DNA from: a virus
Length of the DNA stretch: 16,210 nt
Reading direction: 5' to 3' (one strand)
IMG/VR virus record: IMGVR_UViG_3300045988_142703
Location: 1 to 16,210 of that record
Under the pieces are notes generated by a model that was not told the origin of the DNA, made no database searches, and saw only the letters and a list, made by a program, of their open reading frames with translations. The translations under genes and the position numbers were made by a program. Shown piece after piece: positions 1 through 6,253 of the stretch (the stretch's first letter is position 1; each line of letters starts with the position of its first letter).

Positions 1-90
1 GTGGTGCCCCTTTTTGCACTATTGTCAGCCCCAAAGCAAATAGGGCGATAACAACCATGGCTAACTTTCCAGAATCATATAATGATATAA

Positions 91-210
91 CCATATAATC
101 ATTGCATCATATAACGCCATAATCCTTATATCATTATGCCCTATAATCCTGTAATCATATATCCCTATAATTTCATAACCGCGTAACCATATAATCATTA
201 TGCAAAGTTC
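91..210. repeat. Five degenerate 24-bp tandem units inside the ITR, each with a cATAATc / TATAAT-like core. The mirror array is at 16001-16120.
   Basis: ATAAT cores begin at 95, 119, 143, 167 and 191, exactly 24 bp apart. The unit starts are ccatataatcatt, cgccataatcctt, ccctataatcctg, ccctataatttca and ccatataatcatt. A partial sixth core lies at 79. The stretch is AT-rich in a GC-rich genome. Confidence 0.75.
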
Positions 211-251
211 ACTACGGCTAATTAGTAACGGATTCCGCCTTTGTCTGTCTT

Positions 252-263
252 TGCGTGTATAAT
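252..263 (+). promoter_or_regulatory. Putative early promoter at the inner ITR edge, with a TATAAT -10 hexamer preceded directly by TG (tgcgTGTATAATg). The mirror copy at 15948-15959 on the - strand drives the right-end genes.
   Basis: A perfect TATAAT hexamer lies at 258-263 with TG adjacent upstream. The -35 is weak or absent (ttgtct at 241-246 has the wrong spacing). The predicted TSS at about 270 is roughly 90 nt upstream of the first ATG at 363. Because the element lies in the ITR, the same promoter points inward at both ends, toward 363.. on the left and toward 15877.. on the right. Confidence 0.45.
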
Positions 264-362
264 GTGAACCACGGGGCGGCGATGTGAACTCTCCCACCGC
301 TCGCCCCCGGCACCTTGAAAACAGAACAGAGAAGATCAGACCCTAAGGAAGGAGAACAGAAA

Positions 363-587
363 ATGAGTAAGTTAGGAATACCGTCGATCGAACAAACAGA
401 ATGTAACATTATCATTGGCGTTAAATGTACAGACAATGGCTATGATGTTGAAACGCAGATGGATGATGGTGAACAAATAACTGCTTTAACTTTGAAGGCA
501 AAGAAGCGGCTTAGTTTGGCGGACGCTGTTATTATCGCGATGCATGAATGCGAAATACGTCATATCAAGGCATCCAATTTGCTTTAG
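363..587 (+). CDS. Hypothetical early protein, 74 aa
   Basis: The ORF has an RBS (aaggaaggag) followed by ATG at 363 (MSKLGIPSIEQ...). It is the first gene after the left ITR. It has lower GC than the core genome. I recognise no motif. Confidence 0.5.
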   Translation: MSKLGIPSIEQTECNIIIGVKCTDNGYDVETQMDDGEQITALTLKAKKRLSLADAVIIAMHECEIRHIKASNLL

Positions 588-603
588 AAAGGATGTGAGA
601 AGA

Positions 604-738
604 ATGATTGAATGGATTGTTGCCAATCCCCAGGTTGTGGTGGGTGTGTCTATCTTTATGGGCATCATGATTATGTTGTTAGTGGTCTTGGGTGTTGTCG
701 CGCTCATTAAATACCTCGCAACGCCAATGAGTCGCTAA
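604..738 (+). CDS. Small single-pass membrane protein, about 44 aa, hypothetical
   Basis: The protein reads MIEWIVANPQVVVGVSIFMGIMIMLLVVLGVVALIKYLATPMSR, with one clear hydrophobic helix. aagga lies about 10 nt upstream of the ATG at 604. It overlaps the end of the previous gene in another frame. Confidence 0.4.
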   Translation: MIEWIVANPQVVVGVSIFMGIMIMLLVVLGVVALIKYLATPMSR

Positions 739-783
739 CATCGCACCATGCAGCCCAGACCACCGCCGAAAGGAGTTGCGTTC

Positions 784-1032
784 ATGCGCACTATCAAGAA
801 GAACATTACCACAACCGTCGCGCACGGTTTCGACATTGTGGACGGTGTGGCTGTTCCGGTTTCCTACACCGCTCTGGGTGACTACGCAAGCGCTGTTCGC
901 GTAACCGCCGCAGTGCGCAAGGATCACCCAAATTTTATGCTTGACACTTTTACGAAGGTCAAGCAAACTTACGAAATGCCGCTTGACACGTTTATGGCAC
1001 AAGCGGAAATCATCGACACGCTGGAAGCGTAG
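784..1032 (+). CDS. Hypothetical early protein, 82 aa. It is a possible DNA-binding protein by position only.
   Basis: An aaaggag RBS precedes the ATG at 784 (MRTIKKNITTT...). The longer 748 start has no RBS. There is no recognisable motif. Confidence 0.5.
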   Translation: MRTIKKNITTTVAHGFDIVDGVAVPVSYTALGDYASAVRVTAAVRKDHPNFMLDTFTKVKQTYEMPLDTFMAQAEIIDTLEA

Positions 1033-1046
1033 AAAGAGAGATCATC

Positions 1047-1490
1047 ATGGCAGAAGCGATCATCGAAGAGTATTCCACCGAGTTGGCCCCTGCAGCTCCG
1101 CAGACCATCACCGCATCCAACAACGCACAGGGCTATTTTTGCTCTATGCCCACCGAAACCCGCGAGGACGCTTTGGAGTTGGCCCGTGCCCTCACCAATG
1201 CGGACGAACTTGAAGCCATGATCGGCAAAACTCTTCACTTGCACGATTATGTTCTTCAGCCCGTCACGGTAGCCGATCAGCGCACGGGCGAGATTCGCAA
1301 TTGCACCCGAATTGTTCTCATGTGCGATGAAGGCAACTTCGGCACCATTTCCACGGGCGTTGAAACCTCCATGCGCAATCTGTGCACTGCAATGAAGAAC
1401 TTCCCCGCACCTTGGAACCCTCCCATTGAGGTTGTCCCGACCAAGCAGCAGGGCAAGAACGGTTTCAAGTTCACTCAGCTCGATTTCTAA
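1047..1490 (+). CDS. Hypothetical early protein, 147 aa. It may be an SSB-like replication accessory protein, judged only from its position upstream of the TP/DNAP pair.
   Basis: This is a clean 147-aa ORF with coding-like GC. It is immediately followed by an intrinsic terminator. The function assignment is speculative. Confidence 0.5.
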   Translation: MAEAIIEEYSTELAPAAPQTITASNNAQGYFCSMPTETREDALELARALTNADELEAMIGKTLHLHDYVLQPVTVADQRTGEIRNCTRIVLMCDEGNFGTISTGVETSMRNLCTAMKNFPAPWNPPIEVVPTKQQGKNGFKFTQLDF

Positions 1491-1517
1491 GCGTTACAAT
1501 ATGTGAGCGTTGCCGCC

Positions 1518-1547
1518 GAGGGCCGCGAATTGCGGCCCTCTTTGTTT
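1518..1547 (+). terminator. Rho-independent terminator or attenuator between the early gene block and the TP/DNAP genes
   Basis: The sequence is gagggccgc-gaatt-gcggccctc. It forms a perfect 9-bp GC-rich stem with a 5-nt loop, followed by tttgttt. Confidence 0.6.
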
Positions 1548-1561
1548 ATGGAGGTGGTTAG

Positions 1562-2320
1562 ATGGCCCGGAAACTCACGCCCTTTGAGAAAGCGGCAAAG
1601 GAATATGAAAGGGTGTCCAAAAAGTGGCAGCGTGTCCATGATGCCTATTGGCGAAAGTACAGCAACCGCCCGTATGTGCCTCTCGGCGGTTCCGACATGA
1701 CCCAAGCCCAGGCTGCGGCGACTAATCTCAGCAAGTCATCGCGTTTCGGCAACCCTGTTGCATTCGCCCCGCCCGTCTCATCTTTCGGTGACATAACATC
1801 ACTTAGGCGCACTACGGAGCGTATGAAACGCGAGATCTGCCCTGAAGCAGCCCGACACCGTGCCGAGGCATTGCGCGACAACATGAAAGCCGCTGCTCGC
1901 TCCATCAACTCCCCTACTGTTTTGGGCATTATAGGGCAGCTCAGTTTGTCGCAGTTGGAAGACGTTTACAACCGTACGGACTTTTTTGAACGTGTCTACG
2001 ATTACTATAAACTGATCGGCGGGGGCGAGGGTGTGGACGACACCGAACAGAATCTAATCGACCTAATCACCGGAGCTCTTCGCACGTCGTCCGCAAAAAA
2101 GGACGTTAAAGCGGCTGAGAAAGTCGCCAACTACCTTGAAAAAGTCAAGGCCATTGAAGAGAAATCAGCGTTTAACCGCTCCGCTGAGTTGGAGCAGCGC
2201 CGAAAGTTGGTCAATCAGGGCGGCACTCGCGCCGAGATTGAGCAGCGTTTGAAATCGTACGCGATACGCCCCCAGGGTGCCCCCGCCGATTGGTATAAGA
2301 ATTACGAAGCGTGGTTGTAA
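1562..2320 (+). CDS. Putative terminal protein (TP, the replication primer), 252 aa
   Basis: The gene lies immediately upstream of the DNA polymerase with a 1-nt gap, as gene 3 sits next to gene 2 in phi29-like phages. Its size is similar to phi29 p3 (266 aa). It is basic and lysine-rich, and begins with MAR as phi29 TP does. It has a ggaggtgg RBS. I could not confirm sequence-level similarity by eye. Confidence 0.55.
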   Translation: MARKLTPFEKAAKEYERVSKKWQRVHDAYWRKYSNRPYVPLGGSDMTQAQAAATNLSKSSRFGNPVAFAPPVSSFGDITSLRRTTERMKREICPEAARHRAEALRDNMKAAARSINSPTVLGIIGQLSLSQLEDVYNRTDFFERVYDYYKLIGGGEGVDDTEQNLIDLITGALRTSSAKKDVKAAEKVANYLEKVKAIEEKSAFNRSAELEQRRKLVNQGGTRAEIEQRLKSYAIRPQGAPADWYKNYEAWL

Positions 2321-2321
2321 T

Positions 2322-4043
2322 ATGGACTACACCGCCGATTTCGAGACCACCACAGACCCGGACGATTGCCGGGTTTGGGCCTGGGCCGTGTGCACCATTG
2401 ACGCTGCCAACACAGTCACCATGGGCAACAGTATCGAGGGTTTTCTAGCTTTCTGCGCCACTAATCCCGGGTCTGATTTTTGGTTTCATAATCTGGCGTT
2501 CGATGGCGAATTCATTCTGAACCACTTATTAACAAGTGGTTGGCATCATGTGGAAAAATTCGACGGTTCGAAGCAAATCCGTTCGCTCATCTCGAAAATG
2601 GGGAAGTTCTATCAGCTTGAATTATGCTTTGAACGAAAAGGTAAAAAGCGCTCCAACAGTGTGAAGATCAAAGACAGTTTGAAAAAGCTCACTATGAGCG
2701 TTGAGGCAGTAGCCAAGGCGTTTAACCTGCCTATTGATAAACTGAGCATCGATTACGAGGCATACCGCGCACCTGGTCACGTGCTGACCGATGAGGAAAA
2801 GGCCTATATAACCAACGATGTTAAAATTATGGCCATGGCCCTGTATCAGGATTTTCAGAAAGGGCTCACGCGCCTTACGACTGGGGCCGACGCGCTGGCG
2901 AATTACCAGGATATTTTAGGCAAATACAACTGGCGCAAGCTGTATCCTGAAATGCCCGTTGAAATGGACGCCGCTATTCGCAAGGCATATAAAGGCGGGT
3001 GGACGTATGCCAATCCCCGCTACGCTGCCGACGAGGAGCATCCCGACAGGTGTGTGGGCGCTGGCAGTGTGTATGACAAAAACAGTATGTATCCGTCGGT
3101 GATGTACTCAAAGGCGTTGCCCGTCGGTATGCCCGTATACTTTCGCGGCGAGTATCCCGACGATGCGCACCACCCCTTATTTATCCAGTATTTGACCTGC
3201 TCGCTGAAACTCAAGTCAAACCATCTCCCCACATTGCAGGTCAAGGGCAACCCGTTTTACCGCGAAACCGAGTACATTACCGAAACCGACGGCTATGTAG
3301 ATTTGGCACTGACGAACATCGACCTTGAGTTAATGTACGAGCATTACCATGTCGACGTGCTGCAATTCAGCGGCGGTTACAAATTCCGGGCCATGCGCGG
3401 GATGTTCTGCGAGTACATTGACCACTGGATGCGTATTAAAGAGACCACCGAGGGGGGCCAGCGGTTGCGTGCCAAGCTGATGCTTAATGCGCTATACGGC
3501 AAGTTTGCCACCAACCCCGACGTTACGCCCAAGATACCTTATATCAAAGATGACGGCGCAACGGGCTATTACCTGGGCGATGAAGATACTCGCTCGCCCG
3601 TGTACACACCCATGGGTGCGTTCATCACCGCTTATGCGCGGCGTGACATTATAACCAACTGCCAGGCGATATATCCTCGCTTTCTGTACGCCGACACTGA
3701 CAGTATTCATTGCCTGGGCACTGAGCCTTTGGCCCTCGATGACGTGCACCCTACGCATCTCGGGGCGTGGAAGCATGAAAGCGATTTTGAAAAGGCAAAA
3801 TATCTACGGTCGAAAACCTACATGGAGCGGGTCACGCACGTCGGCAAAATGGTCGATGATGAATATAAAATGGTGGAGGTAGAGCCCTACAACGACATCA
3901 AATGTTGCGGATGCCCCGAGGCGTTGCGGGGGGCGATTACCTTTGACAATTTCAAGCGCGGCTTGTCACTTTACGGCAAGCTGCGGCCTAAACATGTTAG
4001 AGGCGGCATCGTGCTTGAGAAGACAGATTTTACGATTAGTTAG
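2322..4043 (+). CDS. Protein-primed family-B DNA polymerase (phi29 p2-like), 573 aa
   Basis: The protein aligns with phi29 DNAP from the N-terminus (MDYTADFETTTDPDDCRVWAW against ..YSCDFETTTKVEDCRVWAY). It has ExoI DFETTT, ExoII FHNLAFDGEFIL and ExoIII YITNDVKIM. It also has motif A DKNSMYPSVM, motif B KLMLNALYGKF, motif C YADTDSIH, KxY KYLRSKTY, and the C-terminus ...GGIVLEKTDFTIS (phi29 ...GGVVLVDDTFTIK). I take the ATG at 2322 as the true start rather than the ORF-track 2277. Confidence 0.96.
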   Translation: MDYTADFETTTDPDDCRVWAWAVCTIDAANTVTMGNSIEGFLAFCATNPGSDFWFHNLAFDGEFILNHLLTSGWHHVEKFDGSKQIRSLISKMGKFYQLELCFERKGKKRSNSVKIKDSLKKLTMSVEAVAKAFNLPIDKLSIDYEAYRAPGHVLTDEEKAYITNDVKIMAMALYQDFQKGLTRLTTGADALANYQDILGKYNWRKLYPEMPVEMDAAIRKAYKGGWTYANPRYAADEEHPDRCVGAGSVYDKNSMYPSVMYSKALPVGMPVYFRGEYPDDAHHPLFIQYLTCSLKLKSNHLPTLQVKGNPFYRETEYITETDGYVDLALTNIDLELMYEHYHVDVLQFSGGYKFRAMRGMFCEYIDHWMRIKETTEGGQRLRAKLMLNALYGKFATNPDVTPKIPYIKDDGATGYYLGDEDTRSPVYTPMGAFITAYARRDIITNCQAIYPRFLYADTDSIHCLGTEPLALDDVHPTHLGAWKHESDFEKAKYLRSKTYMERVTHVGKMVDDEYKMVEVEPYNDIKCCGCPEALRGAITFDNFKRGLSLYGKLRPKHVRGGIVLEKTDFTIS

Positions 4044-4052
4044 GAGTAAACT

Positions 4053-4310
4053 ATGGTCAGAAAGAAAGAACGTGGATGTACATTCAGCGCCGAGGAATTG
4101 GATTACCTCAATCAGCTGTCTGAACTGACCGAAAAAAGCGTGTCAGAGATTATACGCACTTCGGTACACAATCTTTGGGAGTTGACCGAGGCCATGAAAA
4201 CGGCTAACGGTGGCCTGCGGGCGCTCGATGTGGCCTACGAGTTCGCCAGCATTGACTTTAATTTCTCCAACGGTTATAATGCCGCCAACGGTGACAATCC
4301 TAGAGCGTAG
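4053..4310 (+). CDS. Small putative DNA-binding regulator, 85 aa, possibly with a ribbon-helix-helix fold
   Basis: It has a taggag RBS. The N-terminus is basic (MVRKKERG) and is followed by a pattern reminiscent of Arc/MetJ/CopG regulators (TFSAEELDYLNQLSELTEKSVSEIIRTSV). It sits at the early/late boundary directly upstream of a promoter-like element and a terminator. The fold assignment is inferred, not demonstrated. Confidence 0.4.
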   Translation: MVRKKERGCTFSAEELDYLNQLSELTEKSVSEIIRTSVHNLWELTEAMKTANGGLRALDVAYEFASIDFNFSNGYNAANGDNPRA

Positions 4311-4319
4311 CAGTATAAA
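4291..4319 (+). promoter_or_regulatory. Sigma-70-like promoter candidate: -35 GTGACA (4291-4296), 17-bp spacer, -10 TATAAA (4314-4319)
   Basis: GTGACA matches the -35 consensus at 5 of 6 positions and TATAAA matches the -10 consensus at 5 of 6, with ideal spacing. It overlaps the 3' end of the regulator gene. It faces the structured intergenic region and the late operon. Confidence 0.45.
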
Positions 4320-4325
4320 CCGCTG

Positions 4326-4442
4326 GCCCGTGGCACTGGTGAAACAGGGGTTAGCGGCCAGCCCGCCAAGCACCTGTCGCCTAGGGTAGCTGCCACTGTT
4401 GAACATTGCCCCCACTGCGGTTACCTGCGGTGGGGGCTTTTG
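4326..4442 (+). ncRNA. Candidate small structured RNA of about 115 nt. It is bounded by the promoter candidate and an intrinsic terminator, and it could be a pRNA-like packaging RNA or a regulatory leader.
   Basis: The 150-nt non-coding gap holds several elements: the inverted repeat gctggcc (4322-4328) / ggccagc (4356-4362), the direct imperfect repeat caggggttagcggcc / ctagggtagctgcc, and a terminal hairpin. The predicted TSS-to-terminator length is about 115 nt. A phage with gp16 and gp10 homologues would be expected to encode a pRNA. I did not see one at the left end. Confidence 0.3.
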
Positions 4443-4445
4443 CGC
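4409..4445 (+). terminator. Intrinsic terminator-like hairpin (cccccactgcgg-ttac-ctgcggtggggg, then cttttg) immediately before the late operon
   Basis: It has a 12-bp GC-rich stem with two G:U wobbles, a 4-nt loop and a short U-tract (4 U). The weak U-tract would allow partial read-through. Confidence 0.55.
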
Positions 4446-4460
4446 AAAGGAGCAAGAAAC

Positions 4461-4820
4461 ATGGATGAAGAGCTGAAGAATCTGCTCGAATGGCTCCGGA
4501 ACCGTTTGGACGATGGTGAGTACTCCACCGCCGAGACGTTTCTAACGGACGTATTCGGGAAGGCCGGGCGCTACGATGATGATATCTCGGTGCGCGACGC
4601 GAAAATCGAGCAGATCACGGGCGAGCGCGATACGGCGCTGGCCGATGTTAAGAATCTCAAGGCCCGCAATTACGATCTGCTTATGCAGATTCCGAGCGAC
4701 GGCGAAAATCAGGGCGACGGTACCGTGATTGAGTCCGTAGACGATGATGGCGAGGTTACTCACATTGATAACCTGTTCGTTGATGCCGACGAAAACGGCA
4801 ACCCGGTAAAGGAGGGTTAA
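4461..4820 (+). CDS. Putative head scaffolding protein, 119 aa
   Basis: The protein is acidic and predicted to be helical or coiled-coil (MDEELKNLLEWLRNRLDDGEY...). It lies immediately upstream of the major capsid gene, as phi29 gp7 does. An aaaggag RBS sits 8 nt upstream of the ATG at 4461. The ORF-track start at 4440 is a TTG. Confidence 0.55.
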   Translation: MDEELKNLLEWLRNRLDDGEYSTAETFLTDVFGKAGRYDDDISVRDAKIEQITGERDTALADVKNLKARNYDLLMQIPSDGENQGDGTVIESVDDDGEVTHIDNLFVDADENGNPVKEG

Positions 4821-4822
4821 TT

Positions 4823-6250
4823 ATGGCAACTAAGACAACCCGTGTGCTGAAAGCCGACAACGTATCTATTCTCTCGGCAATCTGGAACGATGCTTCAAGC
4901 GACTATCAGCGCCGTATTCCCCAGGCCGATCAGGCCGAGATTTCGGCGACGCTCAAGGCGCTGGACACGTACCCCATTCTTTGGAACGAGTCCGTGGGGG
5001 CTCTGGTCAACCGTATCGGCCTCATGGTCATGCAGACGAACACCTGGACGAATGGACTCAAATACCTCAAAAAGGGCATGATGGAGAATGGCGAGACCAT
5101 CGAAGAGGCGCGCACCAATCTTATTCAGGCACAGCGCTACGACCCCAATAAATGCTATGAGGATGTTTTCGCGTGCAACCCTCCCGAGACGGCGACCGCC
5201 TTCCACGAGATCAATCGCCAGGATTTCTACCCGCTCACTATCAACGAGCCGATTTTGCGCCGTGCCTTCTTGCGCAACGATGGTCTGCAGGAGTATTTGA
5301 CGGAGGTCATGAGCACCCCTTACACCTCTGATGAGTACGACGAGTACCTCATTATTAAAAATCTCTTCAAAGAGTACGAACAGGCTTACGGCTACTATAA
5401 GGTGCAGGTGCCCGCTGTTACCGATGTGCTCAACGGTCAGCAAGTGGAAGGTCAGGCCAAGGCCATTGCACAGGTGATTGACGAGTACAAGAGTCTCTTC
5501 AACTTCATGCGCACCGAATTCAACGGCCTGGGCTGGCCCACGTCCTCCAAGGGTTACGACATTGTGGTGTTTGCCACCCCGCGCCTGGCCTCCGTGTTGC
5601 GCGTTTACGTGCTGCCCTTTGCGTTTAAGGATAATTCCGCTATTAACGTGAACATTATCGAGATTGACGATTTCGGTATTCCCGGGTGCCAGGCCATCAT
5701 GGCCGATGAGCGTCATGTGATGTGCTACGACACTTATATGGCCTTCAAGGGCATTGAGAACCCGAAGGGCCGTCAGTGGAATTACTTCTGGCACCATGAC
5801 GGGATTTACTCGCTGTCTAAGTTCGTGAACGCCATCATGTTCACCACCGAGACGGGAACGGTGAACCCGGCTCAGCCGACCTACACCATCACCACCGTCA
5901 CCCCGGCGTTTGCCGCTGTGAATGGGGTTGTCCCGACGTTCGCGCCGAAGGGCACGGCTACGAAGCTCACGGCCACGGTGGAGGGCACCACTGCCCCTGA
6001 GGGTGCGGAGATTCCCCAGGCCGTCATGTGGTCGATTACCAAGAGCGCCGTACCTACGGCTCAGCACACCTATGTCGACTCCGACGGGTGGCTGCATGTC
6101 GCCGAGGACGAGGCCAACGCCACGTTGACTGTTACGGCCACCACACCCTACACCAACGTCCAGGGCGAAGCTGCCGTGTCGGGCGAGTTCGAAGCGGCCA
6201 TCGGTGCAGCTCCCACCGAGTCGAACGTTAACGACGAGGCAACGGAGTAG
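4823..6250 (+). CDS. Major capsid protein (phi29 gp8-like, HK97 fold) with a C-terminal Ig-like (BIG2-type) domain, 475 aa
   Basis: Matches to phi29 gp8 include VNRIGLMV against VDRIGLVV, TIEEA against TIEEI, and FHEINRQDFY against FHERNRQGFY. It also matches GRQWNYFWHHDGIYSLSKF against GLYWNYYYHVWQTLSVSRF. The T/V/A-rich C-terminal 120 aa resembles the surface Ig-like domain of gp8. Confidence 0.88.
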   Translation: MATKTTRVLKADNVSILSAIWNDASSDYQRRIPQADQAEISATLKALDTYPILWNESVGALVNRIGLMVMQTNTWTNGLKYLKKGMMENGETIEEARTNLIQAQRYDPNKCYEDVFACNPPETATAFHEINRQDFYPLTINEPILRRAFLRNDGLQEYLTEVMSTPYTSDEYDEYLIIKNLFKEYEQAYGYYKVQVPAVTDVLNGQQVEGQAKAIAQVIDEYKSLFNFMRTEFNGLGWPTSSKGYDIVVFATPRLASVLRVYVLPFAFKDNSAINVNIIEIDDFGIPGCQAIMADERHVMCYDTYMAFKGIENPKGRQWNYFWHHDGIYSLSKFVNAIMFTTETGTVNPAQPTYTITTVTPAFAAVNGVVPTFAPKGTATKLTATVEGTTAPEGAEIPQAVMWSITKSAVPTAQHTYVDSDGWLHVAEDEANATLTVTATTPYTNVQGEAAVSGEFEAAIGAAPTESNVNDEATE

Positions 6251-6253
6251 ACA

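Larger units (their letters stand above)
1..307. repeat. Left inverted terminal repeat (ITR), 307 bp
   Basis: The reverse complement of 15904-16210 matches 1-307 base for base. I checked this by hand in several 10-nt blocks. The only differences are two adjacent mismatches at 286-287 (GA on the left, AG on the right). Identity ends after position 307. Long ITRs are typical of protein-primed linear genomes (Cp-1, PRD1, adenovirus). Confidence 0.9.

Noticed and set aside
61-297. 78-aa ORF in the left ITR, and the 95-aa ORF with identical sequence at 15863-16150 in the right ITR
   Set aside because: Both lie inside the AT-rich 24-bp repeat array of the ITR. They are identical only because the ITR is duplicated in inverted orientation. 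The peptide is repetitive (IIWLRGYEIIGIYDYRIIG) and there is no RBS. The region is better explained as regulatory or origin DNA.
941-1213. Arg-rich 90-aa ORF overlapping two early genes, with similar small + strand ORFs at 4890-5081, 5088-5300, 5922-6128, 6028-6231, 6204-6458, 6885-7244, 7138-7386, 7519-7779, 7900-8088, 8796-9053, 9529-9843, 10390-10863, 11730-12269, 12398-12709 and 14749-14955
   Set aside because: These are alternative-frame ORFs inside well-supported genes. Their Arg, Pro and Ser-rich composition is typical of off-frame translation of GC-rich DNA. They have no RBS.
1503-1700. 65-aa ORF spanning the terminator at 1518-1547 and the TP start
   Set aside because: It reads through a strong hairpin terminator and overlaps the RBS-supported TP start at 1562. 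It is spurious.
2277-2321. Upstream extension of the DNA polymerase ORF (MPPPIGIRITKRGCN...)
   Set aside because: The extension overlaps the TP gene end and has no RBS. Homology to phi29 DNAP begins exactly at the ATG at 2322 (MDYTADFETTT). The equivalent upstream extensions of the ORF-track ORFs at 315, 544, 748, 4440, 10080, 11599, 12861 and 14334 were trimmed to RBS-supported starts in the same way.
4399-4404. TTGAAC hexamer just upstream of the terminator hairpin, considered as a -35 for a late promoter
   Set aside because: No acceptable -10 lies 16-19 bp downstream (tacctg falls within the hairpin stem). The GTGACA-17-TATAAA pair at 4291-4319 is a much better promoter candidate.
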